A DNA stretch of 64,000 bases from Steroidobacteraceae bacterium (GTDB lineage Bacteria; Pseudomonadota; Gammaproteobacteria; Steroidobacterales; Steroidobacteraceae), in the NCBI GenBank assembly GCA_036742455.1, contig DAINQU010000011.1, positions 14,081-78,080 on the forward strand. Direction: 5' to 3'. This document shows positions 9,290 through 18,823 of the stretch, piece after piece. Numbering within the stretch: position 1 is the first letter of the stretch; every line of letters starts with the position of its first letter. A program made the position numbers and the translations under genes. A model generated the notes under the pieces. The model was not told the origin of the DNA. It saw only the letters and a list, made by a program, of their open reading frames with translations, and did not search any database.

Positions 9290-12200
9290 GGCAACGTCCT
9301 GCCGCGCGTGACCAACGGTTCGATGGCATCTAACAACTGACTTTCCTGATACGGCTTTCCGAGATAGTCGTCGACACCGAGCTCAATCGCTCGCGCCCGG
9401 TGCTTTTCGCCAACGCGCGACGTGATCATGACGATGGGCACGCGTCGTAACCGTTCATCCGCACGCACGCGAGCCGCCACTTCGTAGCCATCCATGCGTG
9501 GCATTTCAATATCCAGCAGGATGATGTCCGGCACCTGATCTTGAAGTATCGCCAGGGCGTCGACGCCATCACGTGCGGTCATCACGCGCATGCCGTTACG
9601 TTCAAGCAGGCGCTGAGTCACTCGCCGCACCGTAATTGAATCATCCACAACCAGTGCGAATGTGCGCCGGTCGGATGAGTCATCGTCGGGCACGCCGTAG
9701 ACACGCGAACGCCAGTCACCTCGCACCAAGGCGCCGAGATCCAATATCACGACGATTCGGCCATCGCCCAACATGGTGGCGCCTGCGATGCCGCGAATGG
9801 AGGAAATGATCGGCCCGACATTCTTGATAACGATTTCGCGACTGCCGACTAGCTCGTCCGCCACGATCGCCGTGGAGCGATCGCCAGCTCGAATTAAAAT
9901 GACCGGCACGGGTACGTCTTGGGCGGGCAATTCCGATGGGCGCCCCCCAATAAATAGGCCCAGATGTTGGAAGGTATATACCTGTCCTCCATAGGTCCAC
10001 GTCGGTGACTCTTCCGCCAAGTGTTGCATCACAGCCGATTTCGGCAGCCGGACAACACTCTCCACGGTGGGCAGGGGTAACGCATAGAGCTCACTGCCAG
10101 ACCGAAGAATTAACGCCTGCGAAACAGCCAAGGTAAAGGGCAGCCGGATCGTGAATCGAGTCCCTTGACCTGCCGTCGAATCGATCTGCAGCGAGCCGCC
10201 GAGACGCTTGACCTCGTTTGTAACCACGTCCATGCCCACACCACGGCCGGCTGAAGGCGTGACCACGGTGGCCGTGCTGAAACCAGGCTCTAGAATCAGC
10301 TGCATGGCATCCGCGTCGGACATCGCTTGCCTCGGCTGTAGCAAGCCAAGCGCCAGCGCCTTTTCTCGTATCGCGGTCAAATCCAAGCCCGCGCCATCGT
10401 CCTGAACGACGATAACGACTTCCGACCCTTCCCGTCGCAATGACATTTCAATACGACCGGTCACCGACTTGCCGACCGCCGATCGAACATCTGGAGGCTC
10501 GATGCCATGGACCACGGCATTGCGTAGCAGATGCTCGAAGGGAGCGAGCATACGTTCCAGTACTTGTCGATCGAGCTCCCCGGTCGCACCCGTCACCGCA
10601 AGCTCGGCGGACTTGCCCATCTCAACGGCGGCTTGGCGAACGATTCGACTCAAGCGGGGAATATGCCGCTGGAACGGCACCATCCGAGTCCGCATCAAAC
10701 CATTCTGTAAATCCGTCACCACCCGCGCTTGCTGCATCAGGAGATTTTGCGCATCACGAACCTGATGCTCGAGGATGCCCTGAATACTCGCGACGTCGCT
10801 CGCGGACTCAGCCAGTGCGCGCGAATATTGTTGTAGCGTGGAATACCGATCGAGTTCGAGTGGGTCGAAGTCATCTCGCCGACGCTCATCGTCATGGCGA
10901 TGAAGAATCTGCGCTTCCGTCTCGATCTCAAGCTTCCGCAGTTGGTCTCGGAGTCGACTCACGACGCGCGACAGTTCGCTGAGATTCGCATCCACGCCCG
11001 TCAGTTGCTGCTCAAGCCGCGCACGCTGGATGCTGACCTCGCCGGCGCCATTTAGCAGCGTATCGAGAAGCTCAGCGTCGACGCGAGCGAGTTCTTGCCG
11101 CTCTTCGCGCGCACCGTTCGGTGCAGCAGCCACTTCAGTCTCCGTGACCGAATCGACTGGCGACTCGTCTGAATGGTCACGACCCATATCCTGCGACTTG
11201 GAGGACTCGGTGACTATCCTCTCGGTGACAGGCGGCTCAATGCGGAACTGCTGTGCGGGGGCCGGCGGAGGCAGCGCTCCCTGAACAATCTCGCTGACAA
11301 TCGGTAGTGGACCGCTCGCCGGGGCATCGCCCTGCGGAACCATTTGTGGTTCTGGCTGTTCATCGGCGAGAACTCGCAGCGTCGGAGGCTCCGGTGCCGG
11401 TTTCGATAATGCGCGGATGCGCTCGACCAGTTCCGCTGCAGCATCCGCCTGCCTACCCTGCTGAACCGCCTTACGCATCTGCTCGAGGGAGTCGAGCCCA
11501 GACTCCAGAAGGGGCACTAAGCCGTCCGCACCCCACCGCTCAGATCGAGTCAGCAGAGACTCCATTTCGTGCGCGAGTTCGCCCATTGCAGCAACACCCG
11601 CCATGCGCGCTCCACCCTTCAGGGTGTGGAGATATCGCATGAGTGCGGTCATGGCGTCCGAATCTGCTGGGTGGTGTGCAAGGCGCTCTACCGTCCGCGA
11701 CAGCGACTCCAGCAACTCAGCCGCTTCATCACTGAAGATGGCGGCAATCTCAGGATCAAAATCGATCGTGGAAAAGCTACCGGTGGCCGATAGGTCGACG
11801 ACAGCCGTATCGGGCACTCGATCGACTTGCGGCGACGACACCTCCGGTGCGTCAAGGAGTCGGATTCGCTCTTGGAGCGCGAATACTGAGTGAGTAGCGA
11901 GAGGATTCGCGTCGGGCGCTGCCACGCGCTCGAGTCCGTCTGCGACATCCAGCATCAAAGACACTGCGGCATCAGGCAATCCAATGCCCTGCCCGTGAAA
12001 ATGCCGCACCAGTTGGTCTAGAGGCTCCGCTAGCGCAATGCCATCGACCACGCCAGCCATGCGCGAAGCGCCCGCGAGCGTGTGACAGGCTCGATGCAGT
12101 GAGTCGCTGATGACGTGCGGTGGCTGACGACCTTCTCGCGATCGCGCCCAAGCACGGAGCGCGGCAACGTGATTGGCGACTTCCGAACGGTAGATCTCCG

Positions 12201-14799
12201 CCAAGGTTGGGTCACTGTCGACCACCACCTCTGCAGGACTGCTCAACGGCGGCGTCGGCATCGGCGCGCTTTCGCTCTCCGGGATCGCCGGATCCTGCAC
12301 CCGAACAAATCGATTAGGCACTTCCAACGTATCGGCGATATTGGCCGGATTGGGCTCGCTTTCATCGCCCACCGGACTCTCAGACATCAGCACCGACGTC
12401 GAGATCATCCACGGAGATTCTGCTTCCGGCGATTCCGCTCCAACAATAGTCAGCGGTTCAGATTGAGCTTCCTCTTCCAGGAACGTGTCAACGACAGGTT
12501 CCTGGAGGTTGCCCTCGGCCGCCGAGTGCAATCGCTCAATCACGCCAGTCACATCGAATGCCGGTAGCTGGCGAGTTTCCAATTGATCGATCAGTGCGGG
12601 TACGCCCTCGACGGCTTCATGCATGAGGTGAATCAGCGCAGGCGTACGATTGCGCGTGCCGCTGATCACTCGATTGAGGAGACTCTCCACCGCCCATGAG
12701 TAGTCGCCCACTAACCGTGCGCCCACCATCCGACCGCTGCCTTTGAGCGTGTGAAACGACCGCCTCAAGCGCGCCAAGGCATCCTCATCCAGCGGGTTGC
12801 GCTCCCACGCGGCCAGATTCGCGACCACTTTCTCGAGCTCTTCGCGAGCTTCCTCAATGAAAAGCTGTATGAGATCGGGGTCCACCTCGTCTGCGATCGC
12901 CGTGCTCACCGTCGCCATCGGTGCAACGGTCGGCACCGGTTTGGGTGGCTCCACTGCACGAAAGACACCGCTTTCATCGGGCTGAACTTGAACTGGCGCC
13001 GTCTCGGTGAGCACCGGTGCAGAGGGCTCTTCCACGGGAGCGTGCGCAACATGAACGACAGGCGCCGCGGCCGGTTCGCTTGGGACGATCCGATCCGGCT
13101 GCAAAACGGCTGGAGGCTGAAGGCTGCTTTCGAGCACGCGCAAGCAGGCCTCTGCGTTATCCAACATGTACACGGGCTCGCTACGGCCGTTCTGCAATGT
13201 CTCCATGTAGTACTCAATGGAAACAATAGCGTCGGCTAGGCGATCCAATCGCTGACCTGTGCCCTCTGGACCTCCACTCACTGCCACTGTGACGTGGCGG
13301 CCGATACGCTCGACGACATCGATGGCGCGTGAACGGCCTAGCATCATCAGCCCGGCGACAATACCGCGAAGCAGGCCCGGGACCGTTTCCCGGCCGTTGG
13401 TGTCTTGACCACTCGTCGCGGCAGACACGACTTCTTTAATGTGAGCGAGATTAACGATGCATTCGCGCAGTACGGCGGACTGCACATTGCGGAAGTCGCT
13501 ATCCGTTACTTCTTGAAAATCGGAACCACTATGCGGTTGGATAAGCCCGATCAACTGGGATTCGAGACTGTCTTCCACCCGTATCAACGCAGCAGCGATG
13601 TCCACCAAAGCGTCCGGCGCTGGCGCGACGCCCGCATCCACAATGGCGCCTAATTCCCGCAATTGCTGCTGAACGCTTGCACGTAAATTAGCGAGACCGA
13701 GCACGCCGAGCGTATCGCCAATCTTTCGCAACATCTCCAGCTGACTGGCCAGATCGGCGATATGGCTCCCGCCCGTTCGCACAAAAACATCGAGAGCGTC
13801 CTTAACCCGCCCGAGGTCTTCTCGAATGGCTGCGCCCACCGTTTCCATCAATTTGATCGATGGCGCTGATAAGCTTGCGCGCTGATCTTCGACATCGCTG
13901 GATACAGGCAATAGTTCCTGCAATCGAAACGATGTGCGTACAGCGGAAATACGCTGACCCTGCGCCGGCGTTCGCGCGACGAAGTAAAGGAGATTGTTGA
14001 GCAGGTCGACAGGGGGCTGATCCGCATATCGCGCCTCGCCCAACTCATGCAGACGGCGCATTTCACGATCCGCTTGACCCAGCAAACGCTTAAGCGTGGC
14101 GGCACCGTCCGATCCGCCTGCACGCAGCGCCTCAATGACGGCGCCTACGACCCACCATAATTGGAATACCGATTGACGCTGCGCGGCGCGTTCCAAGCGT
14201 TCAGCGACTTGGGCAAGAACGTCCAAATGCTGGGGCAACCGCTCGCCTCGCAAAACGCCAAGCAGAGCCAATTGAAATTTCGGCCGCAACCGGCGGGCCC
14301 ACTGGGCAACCGACGTCGCGCTCTCGCCGGCCTCGGACGCCTGCGCGTCGGGTTGGCGGTCCGACGTCAAATTCAGCAGCAGCAGGGTGCCTTCAGAAAG
14401 CAACGCCTGCCCCCTTACCGCACGCAGATCATTCAACAAGGGCAGCAGCACGAGCGGCACGTCTCGCCCGCCGGCCAGCACCCGTTCGAGATAGGCGGGA
14501 AGTTGTACGAGCGCCCGCATCAACGCATCGAGGCCTTCCGGCTGATTCCGGACATCCGCCGGAGCATTCGCGAGAAAACGGGCGACGAACTCCATCTCTT
14601 CTGCCAGAAGAGCGGCGCCGGGCACTTCAATAACCCGCAACACACCGAAAACGTCATGCAGACACGTGGCCGTGGTCACTAACGGCGAAGGATCAGACAT
14701 CGTCTCCGCATAATTCTCGAGCGCCCCTCGGGCATGCCCGAGGGTCACACCGATCTCAGCGGCAACCGCCTGCAATGTCTGGTCAGCTACGGCCGTCAT
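9286..14799 (-). CDS. chpA: hybrid CheA-type histidine kinase ChpA/PilL (multi-Hpt, kinase, CheW and receiver domains)
   Basis: Three canonical Hpt motifs: FHTLKGSGRMVGA, CHTLAGASRMAGV, LHTLKGGARMAGV. There are also degenerate N-terminal Hpt-like segments. HATPase boxes are LLRNAVVHGIE, DDGAGLD and GRGVGMDVV. A CheW-like domain follows, then a C-terminal receiver (LVVDDS...LLDIEMPRMDG...YLGKP). Confidence 0.9.
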   Translation of the reverse strand: MTAVADQTLQAVAAEIGVTLGHARGALENYAETMSDPSPLVTTATCLHDVFGVLRVIEVPGAALLAEEMEFVARFLANAPADVRNQPEGLDALMRALVQLPAYLERVLAGGRDVPLVLLPLLNDLRAVRGQALLSEGTLLLLNLTSDRQPDAQASEAGESATSVAQWARRLRPKFQLALLGVLRGERLPQHLDVLAQVAERLERAAQRQSVFQLWWVVGAVIEALRAGGSDGAATLKRLLGQADREMRRLHELGEARYADQPPVDLLNNLLYFVARTPAQGQRISAVRTSFRLQELLPVSSDVEDQRASLSAPSIKLMETVGAAIREDLGRVKDALDVFVRTGGSHIADLASQLEMLRKIGDTLGVLGLANLRASVQQQLRELGAIVDAGVAPAPDALVDIAAALIRVEDSLESQLIGLIQPHSGSDFQEVTDSDFRNVQSAVLRECIVNLAHIKEVVSAATSGQDTNGRETVPGLLRGIVAGLMMLGRSRAIDVVERIGRHVTVAVSGGPEGTGQRLDRLADAIVSIEYYMETLQNGRSEPVYMLDNAEACLRVLESSLQPPAVLQPDRIVPSEPAAAPVVHVAHAPVEEPSAPVLTETAPVQVQPDESGVFRAVEPPKPVPTVAPMATVSTAIADEVDPDLIQLFIEEAREELEKVVANLAAWERNPLDEDALARLRRSFHTLKGSGRMVGARLVGDYSWAVESLLNRVISGTRNRTPALIHLMHEAVEGVPALIDQLETRQLPAFDVTGVIERLHSAAEGNLQEPVVDTFLEEEAQSEPLTIVGAESPEAESPWMISTSVLMSESPVGDESEPNPANIADTLEVPNRFVRVQDPAIPESESAPMPTPPLSSPAEVVVDSDPTLAEIYRSEVANHVAALRAWARSREGRQPPHVISDSLHRACHTLAGASRMAGVVDGIALAEPLDQLVRHFHGQGIGLPDAAVSLMLDVADGLERVAAPDANPLATHSVFALQERIRLLDAPEVSSPQVDRVPDTAVVDLSATGSFSTIDFDPEIAAIFSDEAAELLESLSRTVERLAHHPADSDAMTALMRYLHTLKGGARMAGVAAMGELAHEMESLLTRSERWGADGLVPLLESGLDSLEQMRKAVQQGRQADAAAELVERIRALSKPAPEPPTLRVLADEQPEPQMVPQGDAPASGPLPIVSEIVQGALPPPAPAQQFRIEPPVTERIVTESSKSQDMGRDHSDESPVDSVTETEVAAAPNGAREERQELARVDAELLDTLLNGAGEVSIQRARLEQQLTGVDANLSELSRVVSRLRDQLRKLEIETEAQILHRHDDERRRDDFDPLELDRYSTLQQYSRALAESASDVASIQGILEHQVRDAQNLLMQQARVVTDLQNGLMRTRMVPFQRHIPRLSRIVRQAAVEMGKSAELAVTGATGELDRQVLERMLAPFEHLLRNAVVHGIEPPDVRSAVGKSVTGRIEMSLRREGSEVVIVVQDDGAGLDLTAIREKALALGLLQPRQAMSDADAMQLILEPGFSTATVVTPSAGRGVGMDVVTNEVKRLGGSLQIDSTAGQGTRFTIRLPFTLAVSQALILRSGSELYALPLPTVESVVRLPKSAVMQHLAEESPTWTYGGQVYTFQHLGLFIGGRPSELPAQDVPVPVILIRAGDRSTAIVADELVGSREIVIKNVGPIISSIRGIAGATMLGDGRIVVILDLGALVRGDWRSRVYGVPDDDSSDRRTFALVVDDSITVRRVTQRLLERNGMRVMTARDGVDALAILQDQVPDIILLDIEMPRMDGYEVAARVRADERLRRVPIVMITSRVGEKHRARAIELGVDDYLGKPYQESQLLDAIEPLVTRGRTLP

Positions 14800-14802
14800 T
14801 GA

Positions 14803-16098
14803 TCAGCTCCGGCCCAGTAGTGTGCTGCGCGCCGCCGTGCGCGACGCCGGCGTTTCGGGGGCCGGCAATTGGAATCCAGCGACGGATTGGCGCAGTTGAG
14901 CGGAGAGATCCGCCAAACGAGCGATCGACTGCGACATCCCGCTGGTACTCTCGGACGTCTGCACGCTAATTTCTCGGAGCACTTGCATACTGCCGGAGAT
15001 GCTTGCAGAGACCATCACTTGCTGCCGCGCGCTAGCAGATATGTTTTGCATCAGACTTGCGATCTGATGTGACACCTGCTCAATTTCACCCAATGCGGCG
15101 CCTGCATTCTCGGCCAGCAAGGCGCCTCCAACCACATCCGTCGTGCTGCGCTCCATCGACACGACCGCTTCGTTCGTGTCTGCTTGAATGGTTCGAACGA
15201 GCGCCTCAATCTGTTTGGTCGCATTCGCCGCCCGCTCCGCGAGCCGCTGGACCTCATCTGCGACGACTGCAAAGCCGCGACCCGCCTCTCCAGCCATCGA
15301 TGCTTGAATGGAGGCATTCAGCGCAAGGATGTTCGTTTGTTCCGCGATATCGTTGATCAGCTCAACGATATTGCCAATTTCTTGTGAGCTCTCACCGAGG
15401 CGTTTAATGCGCTTGGACGTTTCCTGTATTGTTTCGCGGATCGCGTTCATTCCATCGATGGTTCTGCGAACGGCGTCGCCGCCTTTGTGCGCAACGCCAA
15501 CGGCATGTCGGGCTACATCGGCGCAGCGCTCGGCATTGCCGGACACCCCTTCAATCGACGCCGCCATTTCCGCCACCGATTCGGTAGCAGATGCCACTTG
15601 TTTTGACTGACCGGCACTGGCCTTGGCGAGATGCGCGGCGGCAGCTTGCGTTGATTTCGCGGCAGCATCGAGTGATACCGCGGATGCCTGAATTGTTGCG
15701 ACCAAGCCGCGCAGTGTCTCGACGGCATAATTGATCGAATCTGCGATCGCGCCCGTTATCTCCTCGGTGACACTTGCCTGTACCGTGAGATCACCATCCG
15801 CGAGGGTGGACAATTCGTCCAACAGACGGAGTATGGCTTGTTGATTCCGGTCCCCTTGCTCGGCATCTCGAAGGGAGGCAGCTTGTGCGTCGGCAATGCG
15901 TCGCTGAACGATCAGTGCGCCGACAAGGCACGCCATCAGCACCGCGACGAGGCCGATGGCCATGAGGCCGCCCCCCGGCAACACTCCGGCGTGATCAAGC
16001 CCGACCGCCGATCCCGCCAACAGCGCCAATAGGAGCGCCGCGGCTAGCAGGGTCTTCAGGCGTCCAATGCCCGCATCTTGTTCGACCGACGTTGTCAT
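14803..16098 (-). CDS. pilJ: PilJ-type methyl-accepting chemotaxis protein lacking a periplasmic sensor domain
   Basis: PilJ-like post-TM2 region ([45 protein letters not shown]). MCP signalling hairpin ([40 protein letters not shown]). Two hydrophobic segments are separated by only about 10 residues. Confidence 0.85.
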   Translation of the reverse strand: MTTSVEQDAGIGRLKTLLAAALLLALLAGSAVGLDHAGVLPGGGLMAIGLVAVLMACLVGALIVQRRIADAQAASLRDAEQGDRNQQAILRLLDELSTLADGDLTVQASVTEEITGAIADSINYAVETLRGLVATIQASAVSLDAAAKSTQAAAAHLAKASAGQSKQVASATESVAEMAASIEGVSGNAERCADVARHAVGVAHKGGDAVRRTIDGMNAIRETIQETSKRIKRLGESSQEIGNIVELINDIAEQTNILALNASIQASMAGEAGRGFAVVADEVQRLAERAANATKQIEALVRTIQADTNEAVVSMERSTTDVVGGALLAENAGAALGEIEQVSHQIASLMQNISASARQQVMVSASISGSMQVLREISVQTSESTSGMSQSIARLADLSAQLRQSVAGFQLPAPETPASRTAARSTLLGRS

Positions 16099-16252
16099 CT
16101 ACGGCAAACTCCGCGAAATCTGGCTAACGCTGTTTGGCGCCTCACATCGGCCCGTGAAGCATCGCCACTCAGCACGAATCGTTGTTCCGTCCGGTCGTCA
16201 TCGCATCCGATGACAACTCTTCCATCTGAAAATTCGTCCGTGCTTTCCCGTT

Positions 16253-16810
16253 TTAGGCCGATGCTTGCAGGAAAGACGGATGCTCTAACAAGCGCCGCAA
16301 GCTGATCACCGGCCAACTCTCGCCTCCGCGACGAAACGCTCCGGTTAAGAAACGCTCGCAACGAATCAACGTCGGCGGCGCGTTGGGTACGTGCTCGGCT
16401 TCCGCGAAACGACGGAACCCGAGCACCTCGTCCACCAATAGGCCTGCCGGTATATCCCGGTGATTCAAAACCAGCACCCGGGCGATACGCGCGGACGGGG
16501 TGACGCCGCTACCCAAAAACTGTCTCAAGTCAATCACCGGCAATAGCTGACCGCGCAAATTCGACAATCCGCGGACCCAAGGACGCGCGCCGGGCACCCT
16601 CGTCAATTGAGACGGCATGGACATCACTTCTCGCATCTCGTCGCGAGACACCAAAAAGGTCTCTGAACCGAGGCGAAAAGCAACGCCGACCCACTCACGA
16701 CCATCGGCCGCACGCCGCCCACCAGCGACCGCGCGTCCACGCCGCTCAAGTTCCTGCAACAAGTCAAAGGGACGGTCGCGCAACAGTCGCAGACCCGGCA
16801 ATGCGGTCAC
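16253..16810 (-). CDS. pilI: CheW-like protein PilI
   Basis: CheW domain (WVGVAFRLGSETFLVSRDEMREV, VRGLSNLRGQLLPVIDLRQFLG). Positioned between pilH and pilJ. Confidence 0.8.
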   Translation of the reverse strand: MTALPGLRLLRDRPFDLLQELERRGRAVAGGRRAADGREWVGVAFRLGSETFLVSRDEMREVMSMPSQLTRVPGARPWVRGLSNLRGQLLPVIDLRQFLGSGVTPSARIARVLVLNHRDIPAGLLVDEVLGFRRFAEAEHVPNAPPTLIRCERFLTGAFRRGGESWPVISLRRLLEHPSFLQASA

Positions 16811-16814
16811 GGCA

Positions 16815-17180
16815 TTAACCTGCGAGCGCCAGCTGAGTCTTTTGGACCAGCATTTCGGCCGTCACGGGTTTGACCAGATAGTCGATAGCTCCCTGACGCA
16901 TGCCCCAAATCCGATCGGACTCTTGACCTTTACTCGTCACCATAATCACCGGGATACCGCGAGTGTCCGGGTCTCGCGCCAGGGCGCGCGTTGCCTGATA
17001 GCCATTGACCCCGGGCATCACGATATCCATGAGGATGAGGTCCGGCCGGATGGTTTTTGCCATTCGAACCCCTTCGGCGCCGTCAGTGGCGACGGCAGTT
17101 TCGTAGCCGACTTTTTCGAGCGCCCGACGAATGACGTGCACCTCGGTCGGTGAGTCATCAACGATGAGAATGAGTGGCAT
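16815..17180 (-). CDS. pilH: single-domain response regulator PilH
   Basis: CheY-like receiver (ILIVDDSPTE, DLILMDIVMPGVNGY, VTSKG, DYLVKP) directly downstream of pilG. Confidence 0.85.
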   Translation of the reverse strand: MPLILIVDDSPTEVHVIRRALEKVGYETAVATDGAEGVRMAKTIRPDLILMDIVMPGVNGYQATRALARDPDTRGIPVIMVTSKGQESDRIWGMRQGAIDYLVKPVTAEMLVQKTQLALAG

Positions 17181-17189
17181 GCCTGGGAC

Positions 17190-17615
17190 TCAGTGTGACG
17201 GCGCTTCGTGCGCACCGACATGCTGCTCGATGGCGCCCAGCAATTCTTCGCGCGTGAACGGCTTCGTCAAATAGTGCTCAGAACCGACGATGCGACCCCG
17301 CGCCCGGTCAAAGAGGCCATCCTTTGAAGACAACATCACAACCGGAATGGCCCGGTATGTCTTGTTGTGCTTAATAAGTGAGCACGTCTGATAGCCGTCC
17401 AGCCGAGGCATCATGATGTCGACAAAAACGATATCGGGTGGGTGATCGGCCAATTTGGCCAGGGCATCAAAACCGTCGATAGCGGTATGGACCTCGCAGC
17501 CTTCCTTAGTCAACAAGGTCTCCGCGGTACGGCGTATCGTCTTGCTGTCGTCAATGACTAGGACTTTGAGCCCCGACAGACGAGCCTTAGTGTTCAACTG
17601 CGCTACGTTGTCCAT
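17190..17615 (-). CDS. pilG: single-domain response regulator PilG
   Basis: Conserved part starts at MDNVAQL. Receiver motifs VLVIDDSKTIR, VFVDIMMPRLDGY, LSSKDG, YLTKPF. The longer ORF start at 17774 adds a non-conserved extension. Confidence 0.85.
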   Translation of the reverse strand: MDNVAQLNTKARLSGLKVLVIDDSKTIRRTAETLLTKEGCEVHTAIDGFDALAKLADHPPDIVFVDIMMPRLDGYQTCSLIKHNKTYRAIPVVMLSSKDGLFDRARGRIVGSEHYLTKPFTREELLGAIEQHVGAHEAPSH

Positions 17616-17845
17616 CGCTGTCCCTGACTCAACCGATCCACGGTCCCGACGGACCTTTTTGCCAATTCGGCGCAACTCTGTCGCCACCGGACGGCTTCCG
17701 ATTCTTGCATATCGGTCTTTCGCTATCCACGTCCCTAGACCAGACACGGCACCGACGCCTGTCCGGTGTACCATGAACTGCCCTACCTAGGGTTGATAGA
17801 TTTCACACTGAACCGCCCAAGGGCGGCATTGCTGGAGCCTGACCG

Positions 17846-18823
17846 ATGCATCGTCCCGTCCGCCTTGGGGTCGTTATGGACCCGATTGAGTCCATCAAGC
17901 CCCAAAAAGACTCCACTCTCGCCATGTTGCAGGCCGCTCAGAGCCGCGGCTGGGAGTTGCACTACGCAGAGATGCAACATCTTCACCTCCGCGACGGGGT
18001 GCCGTTCGGGCGGTGTGCGGCGCTGACGGTGCAAAGTGATGAGAACGCTTGGTTTACCCGCGGGGAGGCGGCGGTTCGTCCGCTCGCCGACCTTGATGTG
18101 ATTCTCATGCGGAAGGATCCGCCATTCGATATGGAGTACATCTATTCGACGTACATCCTTGATCGGGCGGAACTTGCGGGAACGCTCGTGGTGAACCGCC
18201 CACAAGGCCTGCGGGACATGAACGAGAAGGTGTATACCGCCTGGTTCCCCGAATGTTGCGCCCCGACGTTCATCACTCGCGACATCGGCGATATGCACGC
18301 TTTCCAACGAGAGCACGGCAAGATCGTGTGCAAACCGCTGGACGGTATGGGCGGACGGTCCGTATTTGTGGTGGAGCGCGGCGACAAAAATGCCCAAGTC
18401 ATCTTCGAAACGCTGACTGATTACGGCAGGCGCTACGCGATCGTGCAGCGCTACCTGCCGGAAATCGTCACGGGCGGCGATGCCCGGGTCATTTTGGTGG
18501 ACGGCGAACCGGTGCCCTACGCGCTCGCTCGAATCCCGTCTGCCAGCGACAATCGGGGGAATCTCGCTGCCGGGGCGACCGGCGTAGCACGACCGCTGAC
18601 CGATCGGGACCGCTGGTTAGCCGCACAGATCGGACCGAAGTTGCGCGACCTGGGCATGCTGTTTGTCGGATTGGACGTGATTGGGGACTATGTCACCGAG
18701 ATCAACGTCACCAGCCCGACCGGAATTCGGGAAATTGACAAACAATGCGGCACAAATATCGCCGAACTCCTCATGAACGCCATCGAAAAGCGGCTAAATG
18801 CGCGTAAAAATCTGAATCCGTGA
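17846..18823 (+). CDS. gshB: glutathione synthetase
   Basis: LGVVMDPIESIKPQKDSTLAMLQAAQSRGWELHY aligns with the N-terminus of prokaryotic GshB. An ATP-grasp C-terminus is present (GDARVILVDGEP, TEINVTSPTG). Confidence 0.9.
   Translation: MHRPVRLGVVMDPIESIKPQKDSTLAMLQAAQSRGWELHYAEMQHLHLRDGVPFGRCAALTVQSDENAWFTRGEAAVRPLADLDVILMRKDPPFDMEYIYSTYILDRAELAGTLVVNRPQGLRDMNEKVYTAWFPECCAPTFITRDIGDMHAFQREHGKIVCKPLDGMGGRSVFVVERGDKNAQVIFETLTDYGRRYAIVQRYLPEIVTGGDARVILVDGEPVPYALARIPSASDNRGNLAAGATGVARPLTDRDRWLAAQIGPKLRDLGMLFVGLDVIGDYVTEINVTSPTGIREIDKQCGTNIAELLMNAIEKRLNARKNLNP

Noticed and set aside
17812-17827. Small hairpin CCGCCCAAGGGCGG in the pilG-gshB spacer
   Set aside because: It is only a 5-bp GC stem with no T-run and lies between divergent genes. 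This is too little information to call a terminator or an operator.
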